From Delftia acidovorans NBRC 14950 (lineage in GTDB: Bacteria; Pseudomonadota; Gammaproteobacteria; Burkholderiales; Burkholderiaceae_C): a stretch of 32,000 nucleotides of DNA. The number at the start of each line of letters is the position of its first letter. The first letter of the stretch is position 1. The stretch is taken from NCBI RefSeq assembly GCF_001598795.1, contig NZ_BCZP01000004.1, positions 30,001-62,000 of the forward strand, written 5' to 3'. The notes beneath the pieces are model-generated. The model was not told where the DNA came from, searched no databases, and was given only the letters and a program-made list of their open reading frames with translations. Position numbers and translations under genes: made by a program. Shown here piece by piece: positions 1 through 8,152 of this stretch.

Positions 1-1576
1 GCTGAGCACGGACAGCCGGCGCATGGCGCAGGACGAGTCCGAGCGCCAGAACCAGCTGCTGCTGCAGGAGATCGCCGCCCACAAGCGCACCGATGCCGAG
101 CTGCAGGCCGCCAAGGACCATGCCGAGCAGGCCAGCCAGGCCAAGACCCGCTACGTGGCCGGCATGACGCACGAGCTGCGCTCGCCGCTCAACAGCCTGC
201 TGGGCTATACGCAGATCCTGCTCAAGAGCCCGCAGGTCGATGGCTGGGTGCGCGAGACCCTGTCCACCATGCAGCACAGCGGCCAGCACCTGCGCGCGCT
301 GATCGACGAATCGCTGGAGTTGGCCAGCATCGAGGCCGGCCGCCTGCGCCTGGACCTCGCCCCCCTGCCCCTGCCCGCGCTGATCGACGGCATCGAGGCC
401 ATGATGCGGCCCCAGGCCCAGGCCAGGGGGCTGCAGTTCTCGGTCGAGACGCTGGGCACCATGCCGCGCTGGGTGCGGGCCGACGCCAAGCGGCTGCGCC
501 AGATCCTGATCAACCTGCTGTCCAACGCCGTGCGCTTCACCCAACGCGGCGAGGTGCGGCTGCGCATGGACTTCAGGCCCCATGTCTCGCGCATCGAGGT
601 CATCGATACCGGCATCGGGATCGAACCGCAGGACATGGAGCGCATCTTCGTGCCCTTCGAGCGCGGCAGCGCGGGGCGGCGCGTCAGCGAGGCGGGCACG
701 GGCCTGGGGCTGACCATCACCCATCTGCTGACCGAGCTGATGGGCGGCCAGCTCACCCTGAGCAGCACGCCCGGCGAGGGCAGCTGCTTCACCGTGCGCC
801 TGTACCTGCCCGAGATGGCGCCCGACGCGTCCTGGGTCCCTCCGGGCGCCGCCGCCACGCTGCACACCGTCATCGGCTATCTGCCGCCCCGGCGCACCCT
901 GCTGGTGGTGGACGACCAGCCGCTGCAGCGCCAGCTGCTGGCCGGCCTGCTGCTGCCGCTGGGCTTCGAGATCCGCGAGGCCGCCAGTGGCCGCGAGTGC
1001 CTGGAGATCGTGGAGCAAAGCCCGCCCGACCTGGTGCTGCTGGACATCAGCATGGACGACCTGGACGGCTGGCAGACCGCCGCCCTGCTGCGCGCGCGCT
1101 GGGATGCGCAGCAGCTGCCCGTGGTCTTCGTCTCGGCCAACCTGTTCGACAACGACCCGCCGCGCCTGGCCGATGCGCGCTGCCAGGGCTTTGTCGCCAA
1201 GCCCGTGACCGAGTCCGAGCTGCTGCAGGTGCTCGAGCGCGTGCTGCGGCTGGAGTGGGTGCATGACAACCGCCCGCTGCTGCTGCCGGCGCCACGTGCA
1301 GAGCAGGCAGAGGCCAAGGCAGAGGAGGCGCCGTCAGCCGCCCCCTTCCCGCCCGACCTGCGTGAAGACCTGGCCCGGCTGGCGCGCTCGGGCCAGGCCA
1401 CCGCCCTGCGCGAGCGCCTGCGCCAGGCGCGCCAGCAGGCGCCCGCGCATGCCGCGCTGCTCGATGCGCTGCAGGCCTGCGCGAACCGCTTCGACTTCGA
1501 TGCGCTGGCGCGCATGCTGCCGCGGCCCGAGCAAGAGGATGAAGAAGACGAAGAAAGAGAGGAGACCGATGAATGA
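1..1576 (+). CDS. hybrid sensor histidine kinase/response regulator, 5'-truncated by the window edge
   Basis: ORF 23..1576 stays open upstream to nt 2. H-box 'MTHELRSPLNSLLGY'. HATPase_c boxes 'LINLLSNAVRF', 'DTGIGI', 'GTGLGL'. C-terminal receiver 'LLVVDDQ...DLVLLDISMDDLDG...AKP'. Acidic tail 'EQEDEEDEEREETDE'. Confidence 0.9.
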   Translation, partial: LSTDSRRMAQDESERQNQLLLQEIAAHKRTDAELQAAKDHAEQASQAKTRYVAGMTHELRSPLNSLLGYTQILLKSPQVDGWVRETLSTMQHSGQHLRALIDESLELASIEAGRLRLDLAPLPLPALIDGIEAMMRPQAQARGLQFSVETLGTMPRWVRADAKRLRQILINLLSNAVRFTQRGEVRLRMDFRPHVSRIEVIDTGIGIEPQDMERIFVPFERGSAGRRVSEAGTGLGLTITHLLTELMGGQLTLSSTPGEGSCFTVRLYLPEMAPDASWVPPGAAATLHTVIGYLPPRRTLLVVDDQPLQRQLLAGLLLPLGFEIREAASGRECLEIVEQSPPDLVLLDISMDDLDGWQTAALLRARWDAQQLPVVFVSANLFDNDPPRLADARCQGFVAKPVTESELLQVLERVLRLEWVHDNRPLLLPAPRAEQAEAKAEEAPSAAPFPPDLREDLARLARSGQATALRERLRQARQQAPAHAALLDALQACANRFDFDALARMLPRPEQEDEEDEEREETDE

Positions 1577-2570
1577 GAACCCGCAAAGGCCACAGATGAC
1601 GACCGCCGACAGCAGCAGCCACCCCAGCCACCCCCCTCACAACGCCCACGTCATCCTCGTGGTGGACGACGCGCTGGACAGCCTGCGCATGCTGTGCGAC
1701 GCGCTGGCCGCCGAAGGCTACGTGGTGCTCGCCGCCCGCGACGCCGACGAGGCCCTGCAGCGCTTCGCCCTCACCGTGCCCGACGGCGTGCTGCTGGACG
1801 CCGTCATGCCCGGCATGGACGGCTTCACGCTGTGCCGCACGCTCAAGGCCACGCCGGCCTGGGCCCATGTGCCCGTGGTGTTCATGACCGGCCTGTCGGA
1901 CACGGACCAGATCATCCGCGGCTTTGCCAGCGGTGGCGTGGACTACGTGGTCAAGCCGCTGCGCATCCCCGAGGTGCTGGTGCGCCTGGCCACCCATGTG
2001 CGCAACGCCCGCGCCACGCGCCAGGCGCAGGAGGCCGTGGACGTGGCGGGGCTGGGCGTGGTGGTGCTCGACGGCCAGGGCCGCGTGGCCTGGCGCTCGC
2101 CCCAGGCATCGCGCTGGCTGGAGGAGGCCTTTGCGGACCAGCCCTTCCCGCTGGAGGCGGCCGGGGACTGGCTGGCCGGCGCCCGCCAGCCGGATCAGCC
2201 CGGCCAGGCGGATCAGGAGGGCCAGCCCGCCCCCCAGGATCTGGCGCTGGCCCTGGCCGATGGCCGCCAGCTGCTGGCGCGCCACATGGGCGCCAGCGGC
2301 CTGGGGGAGTCGATGGTGCTGCTCAGCCACGAGGCGCCGCAGACGCCCGCCGCGCGCCGGCTGCAGCAGGTGGCGCTCACCCCGCGCGAGACCGAGGTGC
2401 TGTCATGGCTGAGCAAGGGCAAGACCAACCGCGACATCGCCGACATCCTGGGCATGAGCCCGCGCACGGTGAACAAGCACCTGGAGCACATCTTCGAGAA
2501 ACTCGGCGTGGAGACCCGCACGGCCGCCGCCGCCGTGGCCGGTCAGTTGCTGCAGGCCGGCTCGCCCTGA
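1569..2570 (+). CDS. response regulator, REC + central PAS-like segment + LuxR/FixJ-type HTH
   Basis: In-frame ATG at 1569 preceded by GAGAGGAGA. Overlaps the kinase stop by 8 nt (ATGAATGA). Receiver 'VILVVDD...LLDAVMPGMDG...VKP'. C-terminal 'LTPRETEVLSWLSKGKTNRDIADILGMSPRTVNKHLEHIFEKLGV'. The longer ORF 1263.. has an Arg-rich N-terminus that looks non-coding. Confidence 0.88.
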   Translation: MNENPQRPQMTTADSSSHPSHPPHNAHVILVVDDALDSLRMLCDALAAEGYVVLAARDADEALQRFALTVPDGVLLDAVMPGMDGFTLCRTLKATPAWAHVPVVFMTGLSDTDQIIRGFASGGVDYVVKPLRIPEVLVRLATHVRNARATRQAQEAVDVAGLGVVVLDGQGRVAWRSPQASRWLEEAFADQPFPLEAAGDWLAGARQPDQPGQADQEGQPAPQDLALALADGRQLLARHMGASGLGESMVLLSHEAPQTPAARRLQQVALTPRETEVLSWLSKGKTNRDIADILGMSPRTVNKHLEHIFEKLGVETRTAAAAVAGQLLQAGSP

Positions 2571-3037
2571 GCACGCGGGGCCACCGCAGCGCACGCCGAG
2601 GCCGAAGCCGGCAGGCCGAACACATGGTCGAAGCACCAGTTGAAGACATAGGTGTAGACCAGGAAGAAGACCAGCAGGCCGGCCTCCATCACCGTGGCCT
2701 CCCACAGCGTGACGCCGAACCACCAGGCCATCAGCGGGATCAGCACCATGGCCAGCCCGCCCTCGAAGCCCAGGGCGTGCACCACGCGGCGCATCACCGA
2801 GCGGCCCTTGACGCTCTGGCGCGCCTCCCATTGCTCGAACAGGTGGTTGAAGGTCAGGTTCCAGACGATGGCCAGCGTGGAGGCGGCAATCGCCATGCCG
2901 CCCGAATGCCCGGCGCTCTGGCCGATGGCCATGAACAGCAGGCTGGAGGCCGCGATGGCGATCAGTTCATACAGGGTCACGAAGACCACTTTGCGCTTGG
3001 GCCCCTGGAGGCCCTTTTTGTGTGTCTGCAAGGTCAT
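2543..3037 (-). CDS. PACE-family (AceI-like, bacterial transmembrane pair domain) small efflux transporter
   Basis: 164 aa with four hydrophobic helices in two tandem halves. Membrane-embedded Glu in 'TLYELIAIA'. 'RRVVHALGFEGG' resembles the RxxHaxxFE BTP motif. Divergent LysR neighbour, as for AceI/AceR. Confidence 0.75.
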   Translation of the reverse strand: MTLQTHKKGLQGPKRKVVFVTLYELIAIAASSLLFMAIGQSAGHSGGMAIAASTLAIVWNLTFNHLFEQWEARQSVKGRSVMRRVVHALGFEGGLAMVLIPLMAWWFGVTLWEATVMEAGLLVFFLVYTYVFNWCFDHVFGLPASASACAAVAPRAQGEPACSN

Positions 3038-3075
3038 AGGGGGCGCAGTTTATTTGTCTGGAATTGAACGTTAAA

Positions 3076-3100
3076 GTCAGATTCTTTCAATAAAACTGAC
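3076..3100. promoter_or_regulatory. inverted repeat GTCAG-N15-CTGAC in the 74-bp PACE/LysR divergent promoter region
   Basis: AT-rich spacer 'attctttcaataaaa' in an otherwise GC-rich genome. Position fits an LTTR operator. No experimental support. Confidence 0.3.
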
Positions 3101-3111
3101 AGGTTCCCGCC

Positions 3112-4023
3112 ATGTCCTTCCCCGCTGACCAGGTGCCGCTGTTCCTTGCCGTGCTGGACCACGGTTCGTTTTCTGCCGCCGCACGCCGGCTGGGGCGGGT
3201 GCCCTCGGCCGTGAGCATGGCCATCGCCCAGCTGGAGGCGGAGCTGGACCTGCAGCTGTTCGACCGCAGCGGCCGCGAGCCCCGGCCCACGGCGGCGGCG
3301 CGCGCATTGGAGCCCCAGGCCCGGTTGCTGGCCGCCCAGCTGCAGCAGCTCAACCATCAGGCGCTGGCCCTGCACCAGGGACTGGAGGAGCGGCTGACCC
3401 TGGTGATCGCGCCCGAGCTGCTGTCCACGGCCTGGGCCGCGCCGCTGCAGCCGCTGGTCGAGGAATTCCCGGGGCTGGAGGTGGAGGTGCTGGTGGCAGC
3501 CCAGGTCGATGCGCTCAAGGAACTGCATTCGGGCCGCGCGCATCTGGCCCTGGTCTTCGAGCGCCCGGCCATCGACGGCCGCGAGGATTTCCAGGAGATG
3601 GGCCAGGAAACCATGGTCGCCGTGATGGCGGCCAGGCACCCGCTGGCCCGGCAACTGGGCGTGGACGGGCAGCAACGCCTGGACGTGGGCCAGCTGGCCG
3701 GCGCGCGCCAGATCCTGCTGGCCAGCCGCGACCTGGCCCACACCGATCCGCGCTTCGTGTTCTCGCACCAGCTGTGGCGCACGGACAGCCATCTGGCAGC
3801 CCTGTCGCTGGTCTCGGCCGGCCTGGGCTGGGGGTGGCTGCCCTTCAGCGTCGCCGAGCCCCTGCTGCAAACGGGCGCGCTGCTGCGCATTCCGCTGTGC
3901 AACATCAGCAACGGCACCCAGCTGTTCGTCGACTGGGTGTGGTCCAAGGAGCGCCCGCTGGGGCTGGCGGCGCGGCGGTTTGTGGAGCAGCTGCAGGTGC
4001 CGGTGCGGCTGGAGCCCAGGTGA
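3112..4023 (+). CDS. LysR-family transcriptional regulator (AceR-like by position)
   Basis: N-terminal wHTH 'FLAVLDHGSFSAAARRLGRVPSAVSMAIAQLEAELDLQLFDRSGR'. About 300 aa with a LysR substrate-binding-type C-terminus. Divergent from the PACE gene. Confidence 0.9.
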   Translation: MSFPADQVPLFLAVLDHGSFSAAARRLGRVPSAVSMAIAQLEAELDLQLFDRSGREPRPTAAARALEPQARLLAAQLQQLNHQALALHQGLEERLTLVIAPELLSTAWAAPLQPLVEEFPGLEVEVLVAAQVDALKELHSGRAHLALVFERPAIDGREDFQEMGQETMVAVMAARHPLARQLGVDGQQRLDVGQLAGARQILLASRDLAHTDPRFVFSHQLWRTDSHLAALSLVSAGLGWGWLPFSVAEPLLQTGALLRIPLCNISNGTQLFVDWVWSKERPLGLAARRFVEQLQVPVRLEPR

Positions 4024-4031
4024 GGCCTGCG

Positions 4032-4053
4032 GCTTGCGACCTGCAGGCAAGCC
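4032..4053. repeat. 22-bp motif GCTTGCGACCTGCAGGCAAGCC, copy 1
   Basis: 19/22 identical to 4083..4104. Core is the CCTGCAGG palindrome. Lies between the lysR stop and the lipoprotein gene. Confidence 0.6.
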
Positions 4054-4082
4054 CTGCGCCTACACGCGGGAAACCGGCCAGT

Positions 4083-4104
4083 GCTTGCCGCCTGCAGGCA
4101 GGCC
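4083..4104. repeat. 22-bp motif GCTTGCCGCCTGCAGGCAGGCC, copy 2
   Basis: Direct repeat of 4032..4053, offset by 51 nt. About 70 nt upstream of the ATG at 4174. Confidence 0.6.
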
Positions 4105-4173
4105 TGGGATAGTTGCGCAAGCGTCCGGCCGCCCTCCTTCTTCTGGCTGGACATGGACCATCGAGAGGAACCC

Positions 4174-5823
4174 ATGTTTCAAGATCACTTTGGGGGCAAG
4201 GCCCTTGTTGCACTGGCACTGGGTGCGGGACTGGCAGGCTGCGGCGGCGGGGGCGGCGGCTCCACGCCGGGCGACTCCATCACGACACAGCTGAGCCCCG
4301 CCTGCACGGGCGCCTCGTGCGGCGCGACCGACGCCACCACCTATTCCGGCCAGGGCGTCGGCGTCTGGAGCTACACCAACGCCACCGCCGCAGAGCAGCC
4401 CGTTGCCGTAGGCCTGCGCAATCTGGGCACCCGGCCCGTGACGCTGATCTATACCAACACCGGCGATGCCGCCGTGGCCCTGCCGCCCATCACGCTCACG
4501 CCGCCAGCCGCAGCGGCGCAGGGCATTGCGGCGCAACAGTCGCTGAGCGCTGCGCAGCTGGTCAACCAGATCCCCCAGCGCGTACGTGACTTCAAGCCGA
4601 GCCTGCCCGCCCCGGTTGCAGGGCAGAGCGTGCAACCCTCGCGCGCGGTGTCGGCGGCCGTGCTGCCCGTGGGCAGCCAGCGCAGCTGGTTCGTCAACAC
4701 GGAAAGCCCCACGGTCGAGACGCGCAGCGCCACGCTGCGGCGCCAGACCACGGCGCCCACGCCCACGGGCACCCGCACCATCAACCTGTGGCTGGAAGAC
4801 AGCGAGTACGGCGGCGCCAAGGTCAGCGACGCCCTGCTGGACACCGTGATACAGCGCTTTTCCAGCGGGCCGGATTCCGTGCACGCCCTGGTCACGGGGC
4901 TGGCAGGCCAGCCCTGGGGGCCCCAGGCCCACAGCGAGCTGATCGCGGCCGACCAGCCGATCGACATCGTGTTCGTGAACTTCACGCCCGACAGCCAGCC
5001 CTACGGCCTGCTGGGCTACTTCTGGGCCGTGAACAACTTCAAGCGCACGGCCGGCAACTCGCAGTTCCAGTACAGCAACGAATCGCTGTCGTTCTACATG
5101 GACACGGAAACGCTGTACCTGGGCGGCGCCAACGGGCTGACCACGCAGATCAGCACGCTGTCGCACGAGTTCATCCACATGATCAACTTCTACCAGCGCG
5201 GCGCGCTCAAGGGCTCGGACTACATGTTCGACACCTTCCTTGAAGAGATGTCGGCCCTGATGTCCGAGGACATCCTGGCCGAAAGACTCACACCCGGCAC
5301 CAATCCCATGCGTGACGGCCGCATTACCGGCTGGATGTCCAAGCCCGGCTTCAACTGCGACCTGGCCAGCTGGGCCTCGGATGTCAACGCCACCTGCTTC
5401 GGCTACAACGTCACGGGCAGCCTGGGCGCCTATCTGCTGCGCCAGCACGGCGTGGGCTTCTACCAGCAGATGCTGAGGAACACCTCCTCGCCCGACTCGC
5501 TGCAGGTGCTAGGCAACGCCATTGCACAGGCCGGTGGCCCCTCGTTGCCCGTCACGCTGCAGCGATGGGGTGCCAACATCGCCCTGCTGCCTTCCAGCGG
5601 CCCGGCCGGCTACGGCTGGCCCGCACGCACGGACCAGGACTTCACCCTGGTGGGCATCGACGGCCAGCGCTATGCGGCCGCACGCCGCCTGCCCGCCACC
5701 GTGCCCGCCCAGCTCGCGGCGCGCGGCCACTTCCCCTTCGTACGCCAGCCGGACGCCCAGGGCCTGTACCAGGAGCAGTTGCGCGTTCCCGCCGGCACCA
5801 CCCTCACCGCCATCGTGCAATGA
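4174..5823 (+). CDS. secreted lipoprotein, putative zinc metalloprotease (HExxH gluzincin, M30/hyicolysin-like)
   Basis: ATG at 4174 preceded by GAGAGG. Signal peptide plus lipobox 'LALGAGLAGC' followed by a Gly run. 'LSHEFIHMINF' HExxH, with 'FLEEMS' about 25 aa downstream as a candidate third ligand. The family call is from memory of M30 motifs and was not searched. Confidence 0.7.
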   Translation: MFQDHFGGKALVALALGAGLAGCGGGGGGSTPGDSITTQLSPACTGASCGATDATTYSGQGVGVWSYTNATAAEQPVAVGLRNLGTRPVTLIYTNTGDAAVALPPITLTPPAAAAQGIAAQQSLSAAQLVNQIPQRVRDFKPSLPAPVAGQSVQPSRAVSAAVLPVGSQRSWFVNTESPTVETRSATLRRQTTAPTPTGTRTINLWLEDSEYGGAKVSDALLDTVIQRFSSGPDSVHALVTGLAGQPWGPQAHSELIAADQPIDIVFVNFTPDSQPYGLLGYFWAVNNFKRTAGNSQFQYSNESLSFYMDTETLYLGGANGLTTQISTLSHEFIHMINFYQRGALKGSDYMFDTFLEEMSALMSEDILAERLTPGTNPMRDGRITGWMSKPGFNCDLASWASDVNATCFGYNVTGSLGAYLLRQHGVGFYQQMLRNTSSPDSLQVLGNAIAQAGGPSLPVTLQRWGANIALLPSSGPAGYGWPARTDQDFTLVGIDGQRYAAARRLPATVPAQLAARGHFPFVRQPDAQGLYQEQLRVPAGTTLTAIVQ

Positions 5824-6233
5824 CCTCCATGACCCAGACATCCCATACCGCAGTCGCCCGGGCCCTGCCCCTGCTGCTGGCCGGCAGCCTGTCGCTGCTG
5901 GCCACGGCCTGCGCCGCGCCACCTCCACCTCCTGCAACCGCACCGGCGCCCGCTTCGGCATCGGCCGCGCCCGCCGCGCCGGATGCCGGCCAGCCCCTGA
6001 CCCTGCAAGGCCGTCTGGTGCTGCGTGGCAATGCGCCCCATGAGCAGCCCGTGCTGCAGACCGCCTCCGGCGAGACCTGGCAGCTCAAGGGCCTGAGTGC
6101 CGAGCAGGTCACGCAGTGGCAGCGGCAGAACGTGGAGGTCCGGGGCCAGCCCGGCCCCAGGCCCGCCGCTGGCGCCGCGCCTTCGATGGCGCCGCCGCAA
6201 CTGCAGGTGCAATCCATTCGCGCCCAGCCCTGA
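5820..6233 (+). CDS. small lipoprotein of unknown function (Pro/Ala linker + ~80-aa beta-rich domain)
   Basis: ATG at 5820 overlaps the protease stop (ATGA). Signal peptide 'ALPLLLAGSLSLLATAC', then 'AAPPPPPATAPAPASASAAPAAP'. The upstream part of ORF 5565.. overlaps the protease CDS. Confidence 0.6.
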   Translation: MTSMTQTSHTAVARALPLLLAGSLSLLATACAAPPPPPATAPAPASASAAPAAPDAGQPLTLQGRLVLRGNAPHEQPVLQTASGETWQLKGLSAEQVTQWQRQNVEVRGQPGPRPAAGAAPSMAPPQLQVQSIRAQP

Positions 6234-6261
6234 CCTTCCCCGCTCACCCACCGCTCAAGCC

Positions 6262-7134
6262 ATGGACGCCTTCAACCCTTTCTCCAGCCGCGATGCGGCC
6301 GTGCAAAAGCTCTGGGAACAGTGGCAGCCGCGCTCCGCCAAGTCCGACAAGGACAAGCCCATTGCCCTGGCCGACTTCGACCCGGGCGCCAAGCCCTTTT
6401 CCAACGGCAACGGCAAGACCGAGGACAAGGCCACCGTAGAGGCCCTGGCCGAAGAGATCGACGCGCTGCAGAACCTGCTGTACGCCGACCGCCGCTACAA
6501 GCTGCTGGTCGTGCTGCAGGGCACGGACACGGCGGGCAAGGACGGCACCATCCGTGGCGTCTTCGGCCGCACCAGCGCCCTGGGCATGAACGCCGTGGGC
6601 TGGAAGGCGCCAACCGATGCAGAGCGCGCGCACGACTACCTGTGGCGCATCCACCAGCGCGTGCCGGGCGCAGGCGAGATCACGGTCTTCAACCGCAGCC
6701 ACTATGAGGATGTGCTGGTGCCCGTGGTCAACGGCTGGATCACGCCCGAGCAGCAGCGCCAGCGCTTTGCCCACATCAACGACTTCGAGCGCATGCTCAG
6801 CGAAACGGGCACCGTGGTCGTCAAGTTCCTGCTGCACATCAGCGCCGACGAGCAGCGCGCGCGCCTGCAGGAGCGCCTGGACGACCCGGCCAAGCACTGG
6901 AAGTTCGACGAGAACGACATGAAGGTGCGCACGCAGTGGAAGGACTACCAGCAGGCCTACGGCCAGCTGCTGGGCGCCACGCACACGCCCTGGGCGCCCT
7001 GGACCATCGTGCCCGCGGATTCCAAGACGCACCGCAACCTCATGATCGCCACCTTGCTGCGCGAGGTGATGCGCAACCTGGACCTGCGCTTTCCGCCCGG
7101 CGATCCGGCCCTCAAGGACTACAAGATCACCTGA
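6262..7134 (+). CDS. polyphosphate kinase 2 family protein (single-domain, polyphosphate:nucleotide phosphotransferase type)
   Basis: 'LLVVLQGTDTAGKDGTI' Walker-A-like motif. 'HDYLWRIHQRVPGAGEITVFNRSHYEDVLV' and 'DDPAKHWKF' are typical PPK2 blocks. ATG at 6262 is in frame within ORF 6097... Confidence 0.85.
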   Translation: MDAFNPFSSRDAAVQKLWEQWQPRSAKSDKDKPIALADFDPGAKPFSNGNGKTEDKATVEALAEEIDALQNLLYADRRYKLLVVLQGTDTAGKDGTIRGVFGRTSALGMNAVGWKAPTDAERAHDYLWRIHQRVPGAGEITVFNRSHYEDVLVPVVNGWITPEQQRQRFAHINDFERMLSETGTVVVKFLLHISADEQRARLQERLDDPAKHWKFDENDMKVRTQWKDYQQAYGQLLGATHTPWAPWTIVPADSKTHRNLMIATLLREVMRNLDLRFPPGDPALKDYKIT

Positions 7135-7158
7135 TCACTCGATGGCCTGCCTGAAGCC

Positions 7159-7977
7159 TCACAGCTGCAGGCGGGCCTCGGCGATGCCGTCCAGCTCGGC
7201 CACCACCAGGTCACCGGCCTGGGCAAAGGCCAGGCCATTCCACGTGCCCGTAGTCACCACCGTGCCTGCGGGCACGCTGCCATAGCGGTGCACCAGCTCC
7301 TGCAGCCAGCCGGCCAGCAGCCACAGCGGGTCACCCAGCGGATGCGTTCCGGTGAACACCTGCTGCGGCCCCGCGCCCACGCGCAGCCGGCAGACCTGGG
7401 CTGACCAGTCCCGCGGCGACTCGCGCGGCAGCAGCCGCGAAGCGTCCTGCCAAGGTCCCAGCACCAGGGCGCCATGGCACAGGCCGTCGGCGGCCAGCAG
7501 CAGAGGCGGTGCCTTCAGGTGCTGGCGCCAGCGCGTATCCACCACCTCGATGGCGGCGGTGATGCCGTCGATCAGCTCCAGGCCCTCGCCGGGCTGCAGG
7601 GCGGCGGCCATCTCGGCCGTGATATCGCGACCCAGGCGCAGGGCGATCTCGGCTTCGATGCCGCGCAGGTGCAGCGGCGCGCCGCCAGCGACCGAGGGGC
7701 TGGCCCAGACGCCTTCTTCGGGCAGCGGCGCATGGGTCAGCGGGGCATCGCGGCGCGGCGCGCCAGACTTCCAGTAGCCCGGAACGCGGCCCGGTCCCTG
7801 CTGGCTACCGGCCACGCGCCAGCCCAGGGCGGGCGCCATGGCGGCCTGCACGGCCTGTGCATCTGCGGGCGTGCGCACCACGTCGGCCCAATCGTCGGCA
7901 TCCAGCAATTCGCCGCTGTGGCGTGCCTGGAGCAGCGCATGGGCCAAGGCTGTGGGAGTGCGGGGCGTGTTCGTCAT
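7159..7977 (-). CDS. 2-keto-4-pentenoate hydratase / fumarylacetoacetate-hydrolase-superfamily hydratase-decarboxylase (MhpD/HpcG-like)
   Basis: Start at the 'MTNTPRT' Met (cat at 7975-7977) with AGGAAAG upstream. '[13 protein letters not shown]', '[10 protein letters not shown]' and 'VVTTGTW' resemble MhpD-type hydratases. Confidence 0.7.
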   Translation of the reverse strand: MTNTPRTPTALAHALLQARHSGELLDADDWADVVRTPADAQAVQAAMAPALGWRVAGSQQGPGRVPGYWKSGAPRRDAPLTHAPLPEEGVWASPSVAGGAPLHLRGIEAEIALRLGRDITAEMAAALQPGEGLELIDGITAAIEVVDTRWRQHLKAPPLLLAADGLCHGALVLGPWQDASRLLPRESPRDWSAQVCRLRVGAGPQQVFTGTHPLGDPLWLLAGWLQELVHRYGSVPAGTVVTTGTWNGLAFAQAGDLVVAELDGIAEARLQL

Positions 7978-8050
7978 GGAGCGGCTTTCCTGGAGTGCAT
8001 CGGTGGGTCTCAAGCGGCCCCGATTGTCCGCTGGACAAGGCGCCCCAGGG

Positions 8051-8069
8051 TTATGCATTAAATGCATAA
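8051..8069. promoter_or_regulatory. perfect 19-bp palindrome TTATGCATTAAATGCATAA in the hydratase/gdh divergent region
   Basis: 9-bp arms around a central A, AT-rich. Followed by the direct repeat CATAAGGC (8065-8072, 8080-8087) and a possible TTGGAC-N16-AATAAG promoter (8089-8116). Confidence 0.45.
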
Positions 8070-8152
8070 GGCTCTCGCTCATAAGGCGTTGGACAGCGCA
8101 TAGCCCCGGGAATAAGCTCAAAACCCTCAGACAACTCTTGTGTGGAACCACC

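Noticed and set aside
1047-2330. Long antisense or out-of-frame ORFs throughout the window, for example 1047-2330(-), 4060-5448(-), 9742-12087(-), 12153-13310(-), 14724-16085(+), 16042-17349(+), 17908-19551(+), 19515-20753(+), 21309-22919(+), 25859-27208(-), 26914-28383(-), 28409-29506(+), 29338-30366(+), 30577-31884(-).
   Set aside because: Their translations are Arg/Ala/Gly/Pro/His-rich low-complexity strings with no recognisable motifs. Each is mirrored by a motif-rich CDS in another frame or strand. Stop-poor alternative frames are expected at this GC content.
7135-7158. A terminator expected between convergent PPK2 and hydratase genes, and likewise at 28474-28483 between thiolase and Bug.
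   Set aside because: The gaps are only 24 and 10 nt and contain no stem-loop or T-tract that I can identify. No feature is reported.
8089-8104. Possible sigma-54 promoter upstream of gdh: TTGG-ACAGCGCATA-GC with correct GG-N10-GC spacing.
   Set aside because: Only the GG/GC dinucleotides and one flanking T match the TGGCAC-N5-TTGC consensus. Such a match is easily produced by chance in GC-rich DNA. A sigma-70-like reading of the same region is equally plausible.
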